Positions 11,994 to 22,968 of a stretch of 64,000 bases of DNA are shown here, one piece after another. Source of the stretch: Camelus dromedarius (taxonomy: Eukaryota); NCBI RefSeq assembly GCF_036321535.1, contig NC_087436.1, positions 20,710,001 through 20,774,000 of the forward strand. Direction: 5' to 3'. Made by a program: the position numbers and the translations under genes. The notes beneath the pieces are model-generated. The model ran no database searches and was not told the DNA's origin. It saw nothing but the letters and a program-made list of their open reading frames with translations. Numbering within the stretch: position 1 is the stretch's first letter; the number at the start of each line of letters is the position of its first letter.

Positions 11994-14209
11994 TAATTTT
12001 TTCCCAGCCTCAAGCATCTTCCATTCACACTGTGCACACAGTCTTTTTCTCTTTCTTTCTTTTCTTTTTTTTTAAGGAATTCTTCAGAACAGTTTCAAAC
12101 TGCTGGCTAAGGGTTCTTAGAACAGATGTGTTTTCCCTAGTGAGAAACAGCCTGAGGACAAATGTCATTTTATTTAAGTTTGTGATCCATTTGGATCAAA
12201 GGTGCTTTAGGATAAGAGGCTGTTTTAGAAACAGCTTATTAGAATGAAAAAAAGAGAAGTAGAGAATTTAGTTACTCTTAAAGAGAAAGCCAGAATATTC
12301 AATATTTGAATATTTGGAAGGAACATTCATTTATCAAGAATTCTGAGGCAATATATAAATCTTTAAGATCTTTTGTCATATGTTTTATTTTAATATAATA
12401 GCTTCAGTTTATTAGGTTCAGTTTTACAATCAGATTAAATAACTTCAACCACTAGCAATGATGGAATTAGTGTAGATCAAATTCATTGATGCTCCTTTTC
12501 TGTTTTGGCCCACTACATAAATGTATGATGGAGTAATTAATTAGCACATATTTTATCTTAAACAAATAATTATTTTTTTAACAAATTTTCTGTAATTTGA
12601 AGTGTAGGCCTGTGAAACTGCACAACATTTTAAAATGAACGAATAGATGAATTTAAAATAAATTGAATATGGCAGGCCCAGATAGAGTAAAACAGAAATT
12701 CACTAGAAGAAGCATTCAAATTTTACTTCCTTTTGGATAGTAATTCCTGAAAGTCACTATGACTGTGTGTATTGTCACCTAGTATCACAAAATCAAGCTG
12801 GGTTAGAAAACGACATGATGGAGAAAAAGATTTTCTCAAGGTTTTCTCATTATAATACGTTATAGAATGGTCTCAATAAACAGCATCTCCAAAGATGATT
12901 TTAATTTCTAGGCAGTGACTCATTTTTTCAAAATGTCCTCAGTTCTGGCCACTTTGATATTATGATAGTTCAACATAACTGCACACTTTCAGACTTAAAA
13001 AACAAAACTAAATGTCAATTGTTGAAAACCATGAATGAATAACATTAAAATGTATTATAGTAATTGATAACATTTATTGTACATAAATATTATATATTGT
13101 ATAAATAACTTTCTCTATATTTAGTTTATAAATGTAAAAATGAAAGAAGTCTGTTAAAAGCAAAATGCTGCATCAGCAAACTCCCCAAACTGGTCTTAGA
13201 TAGGAAGACACAAATCAAAGAACAAACATGCTTACAGATTTAGGAAGTTTTCTGTAAAGTATTGAATTAATGTGATAGGAAAAGGGTCTACTGCAGCCCG
13301 GGGTCTGAGAGGGAGGAAGTTGAGGTCATTCCATTTATATATTCTTGCACCTGATCTCCTGCACATTTCATGATAAATTAACTGATGTCTGTTGTATTGT
13401 TTAATTTTGAAACCTTCCTTCAAACTTCTCCCTTCCCTGATTTCCTAGGACAGTTTTACTGATCTGTCTTTAAAAAAAAATATTTTGTTGAGTAGAACAC
13501 TCTTTGTATCATGACCTTACATGTTAATTTTACAGCAACTTTGCTCAATTGCTCCCCACCCAAATCCTGAGATTCTAAATCTGTGCTTTGAGCAATAGTG
13601 GCTAGTGGGCAAAAATATATGCCTTCTTAGTTTTCAGTCTCAGTGTATTTCCTTTGCAAATCCTACAATTTATTAACTCTATGGCAGAGTGACACAAACC
13701 ATGCTCCAAAATAAGCACACAAAAAGACCCACATTACTATAATATCCAGGTTGAGAAAAACTACTCTGAAAGCAAGGAAATGCTGATGAAAGCTTGCTGC
13801 CGTACTCATGGGTTGGCTGCTTTGTGCTTAATCATGGTGAGGCATGTGCTCTGAGACACTCCAGAACTGGGGATTTTTGCATCATGAGGCAGGTAGCAAC
13901 GCCCCACACCTAATGCCAAAAGGTGATGATGTAAAAATGAAGATGTTTTCTTCCTCTGGTTATATATTTAAATAAAAACAGATTCTAGGTTTAACTTTTT
14001 GAATGGAAGAAAATCCGCATACATACATACATCAGTATAACTTTGTTTCCAATGGACTGCCATATAATTTTGGTGCAAACTTGAACACTATCATAGAATC
14101 TCCATAAATTATCATCCAATCCCATATTAAGGGGGGTTGTTAAATACCAGGGAGTGTAGCTAAGTGGCCACTGGAGCTGGTGAGTCATTTCATGTCAGTA
14201 TGACAGATG

Positions 14210-14400
14210 ATGGTAACAGCGAACGCTTACAAAGTACTTTGGATTCATGTGAGATTGTGCCTGTAAATGGTAGGTGCAACCTTTTATCACCTCCAGTCTA
14301 CAGATGAAGAACCCTAGCCTAGAGGTTAAATAACTCGCCCAGGGTCAGAGAACCCACACATGGTGTCGACACAGTGACTAGAAGCCAAGTCTCTCTGCCT
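14210..14400 (-). mobile_element. MIR fragment
   Basis: TACAGATGAAGAACC...AGAGGTTAAATAACTCGCCCAGGGTCA, the MIR core in reverse orientation. Confidence 0.7.
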
Positions 14401-14599
14401 GACGCTAGATCTAAGCCCTCAGCCTCCTCACCGTCCTACCAGCCAGGACGAGCAGCACCTGAGCATGCCTACATCCCATCACCAGTTTCTGCTTCTTGAA
14501 CGTTCGTGCTCCCAGCCTCATCTCCTGTGCAGCGCTGCCGGTCAGAAGCACCGAGTGGCAGAGCCCCGTGGTGGAGGGCAGGGCGTCCGACAACTGCCT

Positions 14600-14790
14600 A
14601 GGAGATCCAGCTCTGGTACTAGCTAACGGTGTTCTCTTGGGCAGTTCCCTTAACTTCTGGGCCTCAGTCTTCTCATCTGTGAAATGGGATATTCATACCT
14701 GCCTCACTAGGTGACTGGAAGGATTACAGTGGTACTTTAGGTAATGGCTTAGGAAAGCAAATGCTTAAATAATGGTGGTTATAATTAGTA
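14600..14790 (+). mobile_element. MIR fragment
   Basis: CTTGGGCAGTTCCCTTAACTTCTGGGCCTCAGTCTTCTCATCTGTGAAATGGG, the MIR core. Confidence 0.8.
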
Positions 14791-15948
14791 AGAAAGCAGA
14801 TTAGAGCATCCTTGCTAACATCATGGCTGGCTTGAAGACTATATATAGTACTGGGAAAGAAAAGCTATTGAATGTCTCTAAAAGGGAGTGCTGTGCTACT
14901 TTCTACGATACAGAGATAGTTTTCTGACACCTGGGATTTCCTTTTCACTAGATAATAGAGCCACTGGAGAGCCGCGCCAACTCATGTTACCAACAACTCT
15001 CCCCTTTTCCCTTTCTAGTCAGAAACCGCGAGGTGGTGGCTGCCGGGTCCAGACAGATGCGATTTAAAGGTGGTAGAGACCTTCTGTAGGGTCCAGATTT
15101 CTCGGTTTTTCGCTTGTTTTAAATGATTACCATAGGGCTTCTGAGATTTATAGACTCTATTTCCTTTGCCCTTCAAGTCTTAGATAAATATAAAGACATT
15201 CACATAAAAACTTTCCTCACCTCAGCTGTGACTTATGGGACCTAAAACGTAGGAGAAAGCAGGTCTTTACTCAACCAGAGGGACCTTACATTCTCCATGT
15301 CTGCTTCACTCAAAAAACGATGCATGCTAGAGAGTGACTTATAGATTAAACTGGCTCATACTACAGAGATATAGCATACCTCTGTCCATTTATATTTATT
15401 AAAATGTTTTATCAATAGTATTGCAAATGCCAAAATAAAGAAGTAAGAGCAGCAGAAATGAAATTAATTTAACCAAACAGAAAATTACACCAAGATTATT
15501 TCCCATGACCTAGGGACTTTTTGCTTCACACACAAAAAATGATTTCCCTGTGGACAGTCACAGTAGATTTAAAATGAGATTAGACTTATTTAAAAATTGA
15601 AAAGAACATTTTTACACAGTACAGGGCATTTTGATGTAGTGTCAGCAACACTCAATAAAATAAAGACAGTTGGATTTAATACCATATCATTACTACCTTG
15701 ATATAAAAAATAACTGCAGTAAAATTTTTTACTTGGGGATCTACATGTTAATGGTTTGGAACCAGAATTTTAAACTACCCAAAAAAAGAAGGCATTTAGA
15801 AGTTTTTATTTGGGGGAAAACTATTCCATTAACTTCCTACCACTTTTAGAATGAATTTAGCTAACAGCTATTTCCACCACTACAGAAATTCTCTTTTAGA
15901 TATTTAATAACTTGTAATGAAGTAATTTGATAGGACAAAAACTTTCAA

Positions 15949-16272
15949 ATATAGTAGTTAGTATCTGCAAATCCCAAACCCCCAATTTATTCCTCCACCC
16001 TCCAATATCCTCCCCCAGACATCCACAAGTTTGTTTTCTATGTCTGTGAGTCTGTTTGGAATTTGCAGATACTAACAACTGTATATAAAGCAGATAAACA
16101 ACAAGGCCCTACTGTATACCACAGGGAACTATATCCAATATCTTGTAATAACCTATAATGAAAAAGAGTATGAAAAGTTATACATATATAACTGAATCAC
16201 AATGCTGTATACCAGAAATTAATACAACATTGTAAACCGACCATACTTCAATAAAAATAAATTAAAAAAAAA
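15949..16272 (+). mobile_element. 5'-inverted, truncated L1 3' end
   Basis: 15949-16057 is L1 3'UTR on the minus strand; 16055-16272 continues on the plus strand to AATAAA and a poly(A) tail. Both parts are homologous to the L1 at 39090-39513. Confidence 0.85.
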
Positions 16273-17639
16273 CACTAAAAATGTCATGTATACAAAAACA
16301 TTCCAGAATGGTGATTCTTCTATTGTAATGTTTAGTAACTATATTAAATAAATGTTGCTGCTTTCTTTCAACTGAACACACCTCCTTTCAACCCAAAGGA
16401 TGCTTAAATCAAAGGATGCTTAAAAGCAGAGTTCTAACAATTTTATGAGAAAGCATTTGATATGCAACACAATCATCACCATATGTGTGTGTGTGCTGTT
16501 TCCAAGACCACTTTTGAAAAGCACATGGCTTCTCATTTATGCTCTGACTCATTTCACTTAAACAAAAATACACTAACACTTCATGGGCTGCCTGCCATAT
16601 GACTGCCAGTTAAAGACAGAGGAAAATGCAAAAGGTAAGGTCTCTGACAAACTTCAGAAAACGGGGATGTCAACCCCAATGGGCTGATGAGCACTTACAT
16701 TTCACCAAACTTTCGCTGCTCATAATTATGCACGTGATTTACAAGCCTGTGAAATCAGAGGCTGCCCAGTCAGGTCCTGCCCCGGCGTAACCTGCATCCT
16801 CCTCCACATGCTTCTGTGGCTCCTGGGCGCCGCGGCCACTGTCTCTCAAGAGCCCCATGTCAATGGGCTCACTCACCCGGACAAACAGCAGCTTCCAGCC
16901 TTACGTGCTCTCCTCCCCTGGTAAAAGGACTGCTTCGAAAAGCATCTTTTGAAATGAGGATGCAAAGAGATAGAGAGGGACGGGGTCCAGGCACACATGT
17001 TCCAATGACAGACAAATCTTGAGCTCTGTCTGCTGCATGCTGCTGTGGGTGTAAGCCCCTCGGTCCTCCAATCCACCACAAGGACAGTGTGTGTTCCCCG
17101 GGGAGGGGAGGACCCTGGAGATGACAGGTGCAGGCTTGTCCTGACTGCTGCACACACGCAAAGCTAAGGCTGACTTTCAGATCCTCAGTGGCCAGGGGAA
17201 GTTTGGTAAAATTACAACAGAGTAACTTCCAGTGTCCTTGTCATTTTTTTAACAAGTGTTTTTAGATTTAATAGCAAAAACTACATATTTTAGGAACAGG
17301 AATGAGAACAGTTTTGCCAACTAGCTGAATATCCAATTCCCAAAGGGAACAAAAATGGAAAAAAAAAAACCACACAGGGTTAAGCAATTGTCCAATTAGA
17401 AATAACTGTTGAGATTTTTAAATGTCATTTTTCAAAACTTTATATCAAGACTCTTACAACGCTGCCAGAGTTAACTCATCTTGCTCAAAGCAGACAAGGA
17501 ACATGTGTAGGTCAAGTAATTGACACAATGTACAGGGCAGTGAAAACTGGTGTCCAACTGTTTGCTCCCAGTGGTCATCTCAGTAGTAGAATTAGGGCAG
17601 AGACTAGGCAGAGAAAATGTGTCTCATTCCTTGTTCAGG

Positions 17640-17803
17640 TGACCCAGGGGTTTGGTTATGCACTGAAATCACCTGAAAAACTTGAAAAACATACCAATGC
17701 CTGGGTCCCAACTCCAGATATTCTGATTTAATTTGGACAGTGGGATTTTTTAAAGCTCCCAAGCAATTCTACTGTGCGGCCATCCTGGAAAACCGCTGGT
17801 CTA
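17640..17803. mobile_element. MER5A-like hAT-Charlie element
   Basis: AATCACCTG...AATGCCTGGGTCCCAACTCCAGATATTCTGATTTAATT...AAAGCTCCCAAGCAATTCTA...GAAAACCGCTG. Confidence 0.75.
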
Positions 17804-20800
17804 TCATTCCCAGGGACCTCACATAAATGAGGCTGGTTCTAGGACTTGCCAGAAGTGCTGACTCTAAATTCAGGTACAAGCTCAATTTAAAAATTCCAAA
17901 TCACCTTGGAAATGTCCCTCTTTGGGATAAAACAACATCAACCACAAACAAGGTTCATGCCCCTCACCCCCCCCCCCACCACACATACACAATGAAGATT
18001 TTAAAGTCTGCTCACCAGTTGGACACTTGAGACATTTTTCATAGTGTCAATACTATTGGCCAGCTTGTTCAATGAACTAACAAGTGGTCAGCTTGTTCAG
18101 TGTCACCAACGATCTAGCAAACCACTACCTAGTTTCAAAACATATTTCTGACTCACTCTTGGCGATTTCACAAAGCTCCATCTTCGAGGATTTGAGCTGT
18201 TGGGAATGGAATCACCTTTTCCTAAATGAAATGGCCATTTAAATTCATACGGCACAGAAGTTACTCCATTAATCCAACTCCACGGTTCATTTCCGATAGC
18301 AAAGAGAAGTTAATTCGTTACTGGTGATTTGCATTTTCGCTTGTAATTTTCCTAAGTGAAACAATACACACACAGGGTACTGAAATCTCCTACAATACAG
18401 GCAGGAGAATCTAGGTGTTTTAAAAAAGACACCATATTTTTAGCTTCAGTCAGGATCCATTTGGGGAGGGGTTGTCCAACTTCCCTGTATGATTGGCTCT
18501 TTGCTGGAGATATAAGAATCAGGGCTGGTAGAGGTTTAAGGAGATCCACCAAGTCCAGCTCTTTGCCACAAAAGGGTCAGTCCTTTACCAGGTGACAGAA
18601 ATCACTGTCAATTCTTAATTGACAGTAAGCAGAAAAGGAATTCCAGATTCCCTTATAACCAGCACTAGCTTTTAGAAACTCTTATAATCAAAGAATTCTT
18701 CTTTATGTCTGATTAAATATACTCATACTGATCATTCATTAATATCATGGTGGGATCACCACTGTAGTTTGTCCTATGTTCATTTCAAACATACGAAGGT
18801 TGCGTTTAGTATACACTATTAATTCCATGCTTTGAGTACTGCAGTCAATACTTTGGTCTATTAAAATAGCTTTATCCCTTTCCTCTTAGAATTTTAAAAC
18901 TGAAAGAATAGAGAAGTGATATGCATAATCATGTATGAAATTTATGAAAATTCCTATTTGCATTATCCATGCAAAATGATCACCGATAAACAAAGAACAC
19001 CACCATAAACACACTAACATTCAAATATCAAGAAGCCCAAAAAGTTACTATGAAACAGCTGTGATGATGTCTTCACTTCAGAAGTCTCAAAGGGGCATAC
19101 CACAGAAATCAATGGTAAAATCAGCTCATGAGTGGGTTGGTATCTGCCTCATCAAACCAACGGTAGTCACTTCTAACACTGCCAATCCGTGACTTGTGAC
19201 AGGAGTTCCTCAGAGACTGGGCTAAAGGCCAGTTGCTGTGTTACCTACTTGAGGTGGTGAGGATGTGATCCTGTTACTCACCATAAGGTACACACTCAAA
19301 AATCCATGTGATAGATTCCTATCTTATTCACATCACTAGTGTCAAATTCTAAGGAATCCAAAACACGCACTTTAAAATACATCATTTTAGGTAACTCTAC
19401 ATACATAGAAGTTTGTATTCTACATATGTGGAAGAATGGAGTTGGAAGTTTATTTTAAGCTCCAGAAGCCCTGCAGTTCTGCTAGGAAAGGAAGGTCAAA
19501 AAAGGTTCTGCAGAATCACAGCACTGCCGTCACTTGGTCTGTTACAGGCTTACCGCACAATGGAATGCCTCAAACTCAGAGAAGACAAATTTTCATTCAA
19601 TAATCCCAGTGAATGGGTGTAAATGAAAAAAAAAAAAAAAGAGGGATTCTGAAATTACTCTAATCAGAAGAGAGGCATTCTTTAGGCAGTTAAATTGAAG
19701 TAGAAACAAGAACAATGGTTTTTACTTCACACAACAAAATCTTGGAGTATTCTGAGCACATTTCTTTCACCTACATTTTATCATATATATATTTTAGCAC
19801 CAACATTTTAAGTAAAATAGTATTTGAAAACTCTGTTTTCAAATGTTCAGAGATCTAGTATATTTTGGAGTAAACTGGCATTGCGGATCATGGTATATAT
19901 CCTTCAACTTGATGCTCTTTCCGTTAGTGAATTTTGAAGAAATCATCCACGATCAGGCTAAATAATATATATAAGAATGATAAATAACATTACATACAAT
20001 GATAAAAAAAGAAAATACTATGGTCATCCTAAATTTATCTCACAATAAGGAAGTGGAATACTCAAAAGAGATGGAAAAAAGCTAAGTTTTTGAGAAAAGC
20101 TTCCCAATCTGCTAGCATACGCATGACATATTGGGAGGTGAAAAGAGAAAGCTAAAAAGATATATCTAAGGTTTGATTTCAATTTTATCTTAAAGCTTCT
20201 TCAGAAAAAAGCTACAGGAAAACACATTCTGTATTTCCACGTTTATTACTGTGGACCTATATGACCTTTGTAGTCAGGAAAAATTTATTGAATTTTAATA
20301 TAAAAACTGGAAGAAAGTGTATTGAAATGTTAAGTCATCTTCTTTAATTGATGGGATTATAGATGATGATTTTTAAATACTTTCCCAGTGTTTCCTTCCA
20401 CAGAAAGCATGTTTAACTTTCACGGAAAGAAAATCACACTTCCAGCGGGTGACGTGCTTGCTGCTGCATCTTTACCCTTTTCTTCTGAGGTACCACTGGC
20501 AGCTAGCTATCCGAACCCATGTCAGAATGTATTTATTGAACTCTGATGTGCAAAACACTAACGCTTCCCTGCAAGAGACTTTCAATTATTTGCTGTGAAC
20601 TGTAATGAAAAATTTGACTGGGAGAAAGTGGAAACTACTGATTTAAACAGCTTTCCCAAATGATCTGTGTCTTGATGCTGAAGTCCTTTTCCTCAAAGGC
20701 CCACAAGTACCACAAGGTACTTCTCTTACTACGCAGTACATCTGGGTGATGCTGTCACTATGTGACCTTGAGGTTGGGTGGCCCCAACAACAGGCATTTT

Positions 20801-21638
20801 CTGTACTCTAATTAAGTCATCGTAATTATTTTACAGGGTAGGTACTGAACAGATGGGCATCAGGAGTATATTCATATTTTTTTCTGATTTGTTTCTTCTG
20901 GTTCTGATGTTCTCACCTTTGAGTAGAACTCCACAAAGCCAGGAAGAGCTTATCTCTATATGAATCGAAGAGTAGAAATGCTCCTTTGATTTTGTTTCTA
21001 GTTTAGAAATGAAAAAGATGACCAGTTCTTTCCAAATCATACCGTTAATCTGCTTCATTCTAAAACTGTCATGAACTGTCAAATGTCTTAGCCTCAGAAC
21101 ACCAGTTTGTCTTACAGCTTAGTGCTGCTAAATACTGTACCATGTTTCTCTATTGCAAAACAAAAGACAACGATTTTATTGATATCCCTACTAGATTATT
21201 TAACATAAGAATTCAAATTGGAGAAGTGGGAAAGAAGGCAATAAATGTGCTTGTATATTATAAAAGTGGCTAATTATAGATAAAACTATTTGACTTACCT
21301 GTAAAAATATTGTTGGAGGAAGTAGTAGCGTTTTTAATGACACAGACTCAAACAGATGCAGTAAAAGAATGATTGGCAATTACCAAAATAATCAAAAGAC
21401 CTCTTTGTTTCTGCTAGCAAATGTTGATACACGATTCTAAGTATTATGCCTGTTAGACAATATTTAAACAAATACTTTATAAAAGTAAGACTTATTTTTA
21501 AATATGTAAATTACATGGGAAAACCATGTCAAAATAGCAATCTGATTGCATGGCTTAATAGCCACCAAAAACCATTAAAAATGTAATGTCACCACCCTGA
21601 TTTAGTTGCCATAATTATTGTTCCCTTATGTTGTCTCC

Positions 21639-21752
21639 TTATTTGCTCCTATATTCTTTTTTTTTATTACAAACAAGTACCTTTAGTGAGGATAACACTA
21701 AAATAAAATTAACATAGCCAGAGCAAAGATAAATAAAATTTAAAAAGCCAAC
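21639..21752 (-). CDS. HHIP: Putative alternative C-terminus from read-through of exon 4 into intron 4 (37 aa + stop; 314-aa short isoform)
   Basis: Frame stays open past the donor: VGFLNFIYLCSGYVNFILVLSSLKVLVCNKKKEYRSK*. It resembles the tail of the short human HHIP isoform as I recall it. No expression evidence is available here. Confidence 0.55.
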   Translation of the reverse strand, partial: VGFLNFIYLCSGYVNFILVLSSLKVLVCNKKKEYRSK

Positions 21753-21954
21753 CTTTATTCCACTTTGAACAAGTTTGTGAATGTCCAAATAAGGCTCCTT
21801 GAAAATTTCTCCTTCAGGGGTAAGGATCTTCACGTAACCTTCTTTTTCCAGAATGAAGAGACGGTGTGAGCCATCCCCGCTATGCAGGGCGCTGACAGGC
21901 TGGCGCAGCCCACTCACAACCTCCTGAATACAGAAGCAGTTGTGTTTGTGCTTT
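21753..21954 (-). CDS. HHIP: HHIP coding exon 4 (start of the six-bladed beta-propeller)
   Basis: 202 nt; acceptor tttgtttag|A, donor AAG|GTTGGC. Translation (R)KHKHNCFCIQEVVSGLRQPVSALHSGDGSHRLFILEKEGYVKILTPEGEIFKEPYLDIHKLVQSGIK, within ORF 21639..22037. Confidence 0.98.
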
Positions 21955-22166
21955 CTAAACAAATTAAAGAAAACCAGTAAGCGTTTCTTGAGATGATGAA
22001 GGTAAGGGATGCACTCAGCATCCTCTTCAAAATACATTTCCTATAGGAATCAATGGTTTTGAGGGTCAGGATGGGCTGCTAACCCAAGGGCACAACGATT
22101 CTTTTCAATGGGGTTAAAAAAAGCCTTCTATCAGAAAGTAAAGGAGGGACTCAAAACACATAGGTA

Positions 22167-22325
22167 GCAGGGTGGGGGTACAGTTCAGTGGTAGAGCGCA
22201 TGCCTAGCATGCACAAGGTCCTGGGTTCAATCTCCAGTACCTCCATTAAGGAAATAATTAAGCAAACCTAATTACCTCCCCCTGCAAAAAAATAAATAAA
22301 ATAAATGAACAACAACAAGAAAACA
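22167..22325 (+). mobile_element. tRNA-derived SINE (vic-1-like) in HHIP intron 3
   Basis: GGGTACAGTTCAGTGGTAGAGCGCATGCCTAGCATGCACAAGGTCCTGGGTTCAATCTCCAGTACCTCC, 3' part AAACCTAATTACCTCCCCC, A tail; perfect 14-bp TSD AAAACACATAGGTA at 22153-22166 and 22326-22339. Confidence 0.92.
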
Positions 22326-22811
22326 AAAACACATAGGTATTTTAAAATTTCACAAGCTCACGATCTCATCTTTCAGTGACTATTAATTAATATTAGCTTT
22401 ACTAACATTAATTACTGTGATTTAATTAAACCTTACAGAAGGGCCCTCAGAGAGAAAGTTCTAAGATCTAATTCTAAAACTCTGATTTGCTAACGATCAT
22501 TGTGCTGAATATTCCCACAGCAGCATAAGCTAACAACAGTCATAAAATTCAAGTTTAAAAGACAGTCATAAAATTCCCATGAATCACAGAGAAGCCAAGC
22601 TCATAATAGAAGACTGGTAGTCTCAGCATTGAAAGCATTTAAGGGAATATGATTTTAGAGAAGCAAACTACCAAAAAAAAAAAAAAAGCATCTGGAGGCT
22701 ATAGCTGCTGGATGTGAGCACAGCCAGTTGACTCAGTGTCAAAACCACAAGCCTTCTCAGTTTTGTTTTTTTTTTTTTTTTTAAAGATTAAAAACATTTA
22801 TCTTTATGAAC

Positions 22812-22968
22812 CTGCTGATCTCTTCCACTTTGTCGTATTCTTCCATCTGGTCCAAGTAGTTAGATGCTGGTCCTCTGATTTGTTTTCTTGGAAAATCTGG
22901 AAAGCACAAGCCACCATCTTTTCTTGCATAGTAAAAGCAAAATTCATCAGCAGTAGTTTGAAGGAAAC
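22812..22968 (-). CDS. HHIP: HHIP coding exon 3
   Basis: 157 nt; acceptor tttttttaaag|GT, donor CAG|GTTCAT. Translation (G)FLQTTADEFCFYYARKDGGLCFPDFPRKQIRGPASNYLDQMEEYDKVEEIS(R); phase compatible with exons 2 and 4. Confidence 0.97.

Larger units (their letters stand above)
1..21752 (-). other. HHIP: HHIP intron 4 (partial; exon 5 lies beyond the left edge)
   Basis: I found no sequence encoding the expected next residues (GGDERGLLSLAFHP...) in 1-21752. Confidence 0.85.
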
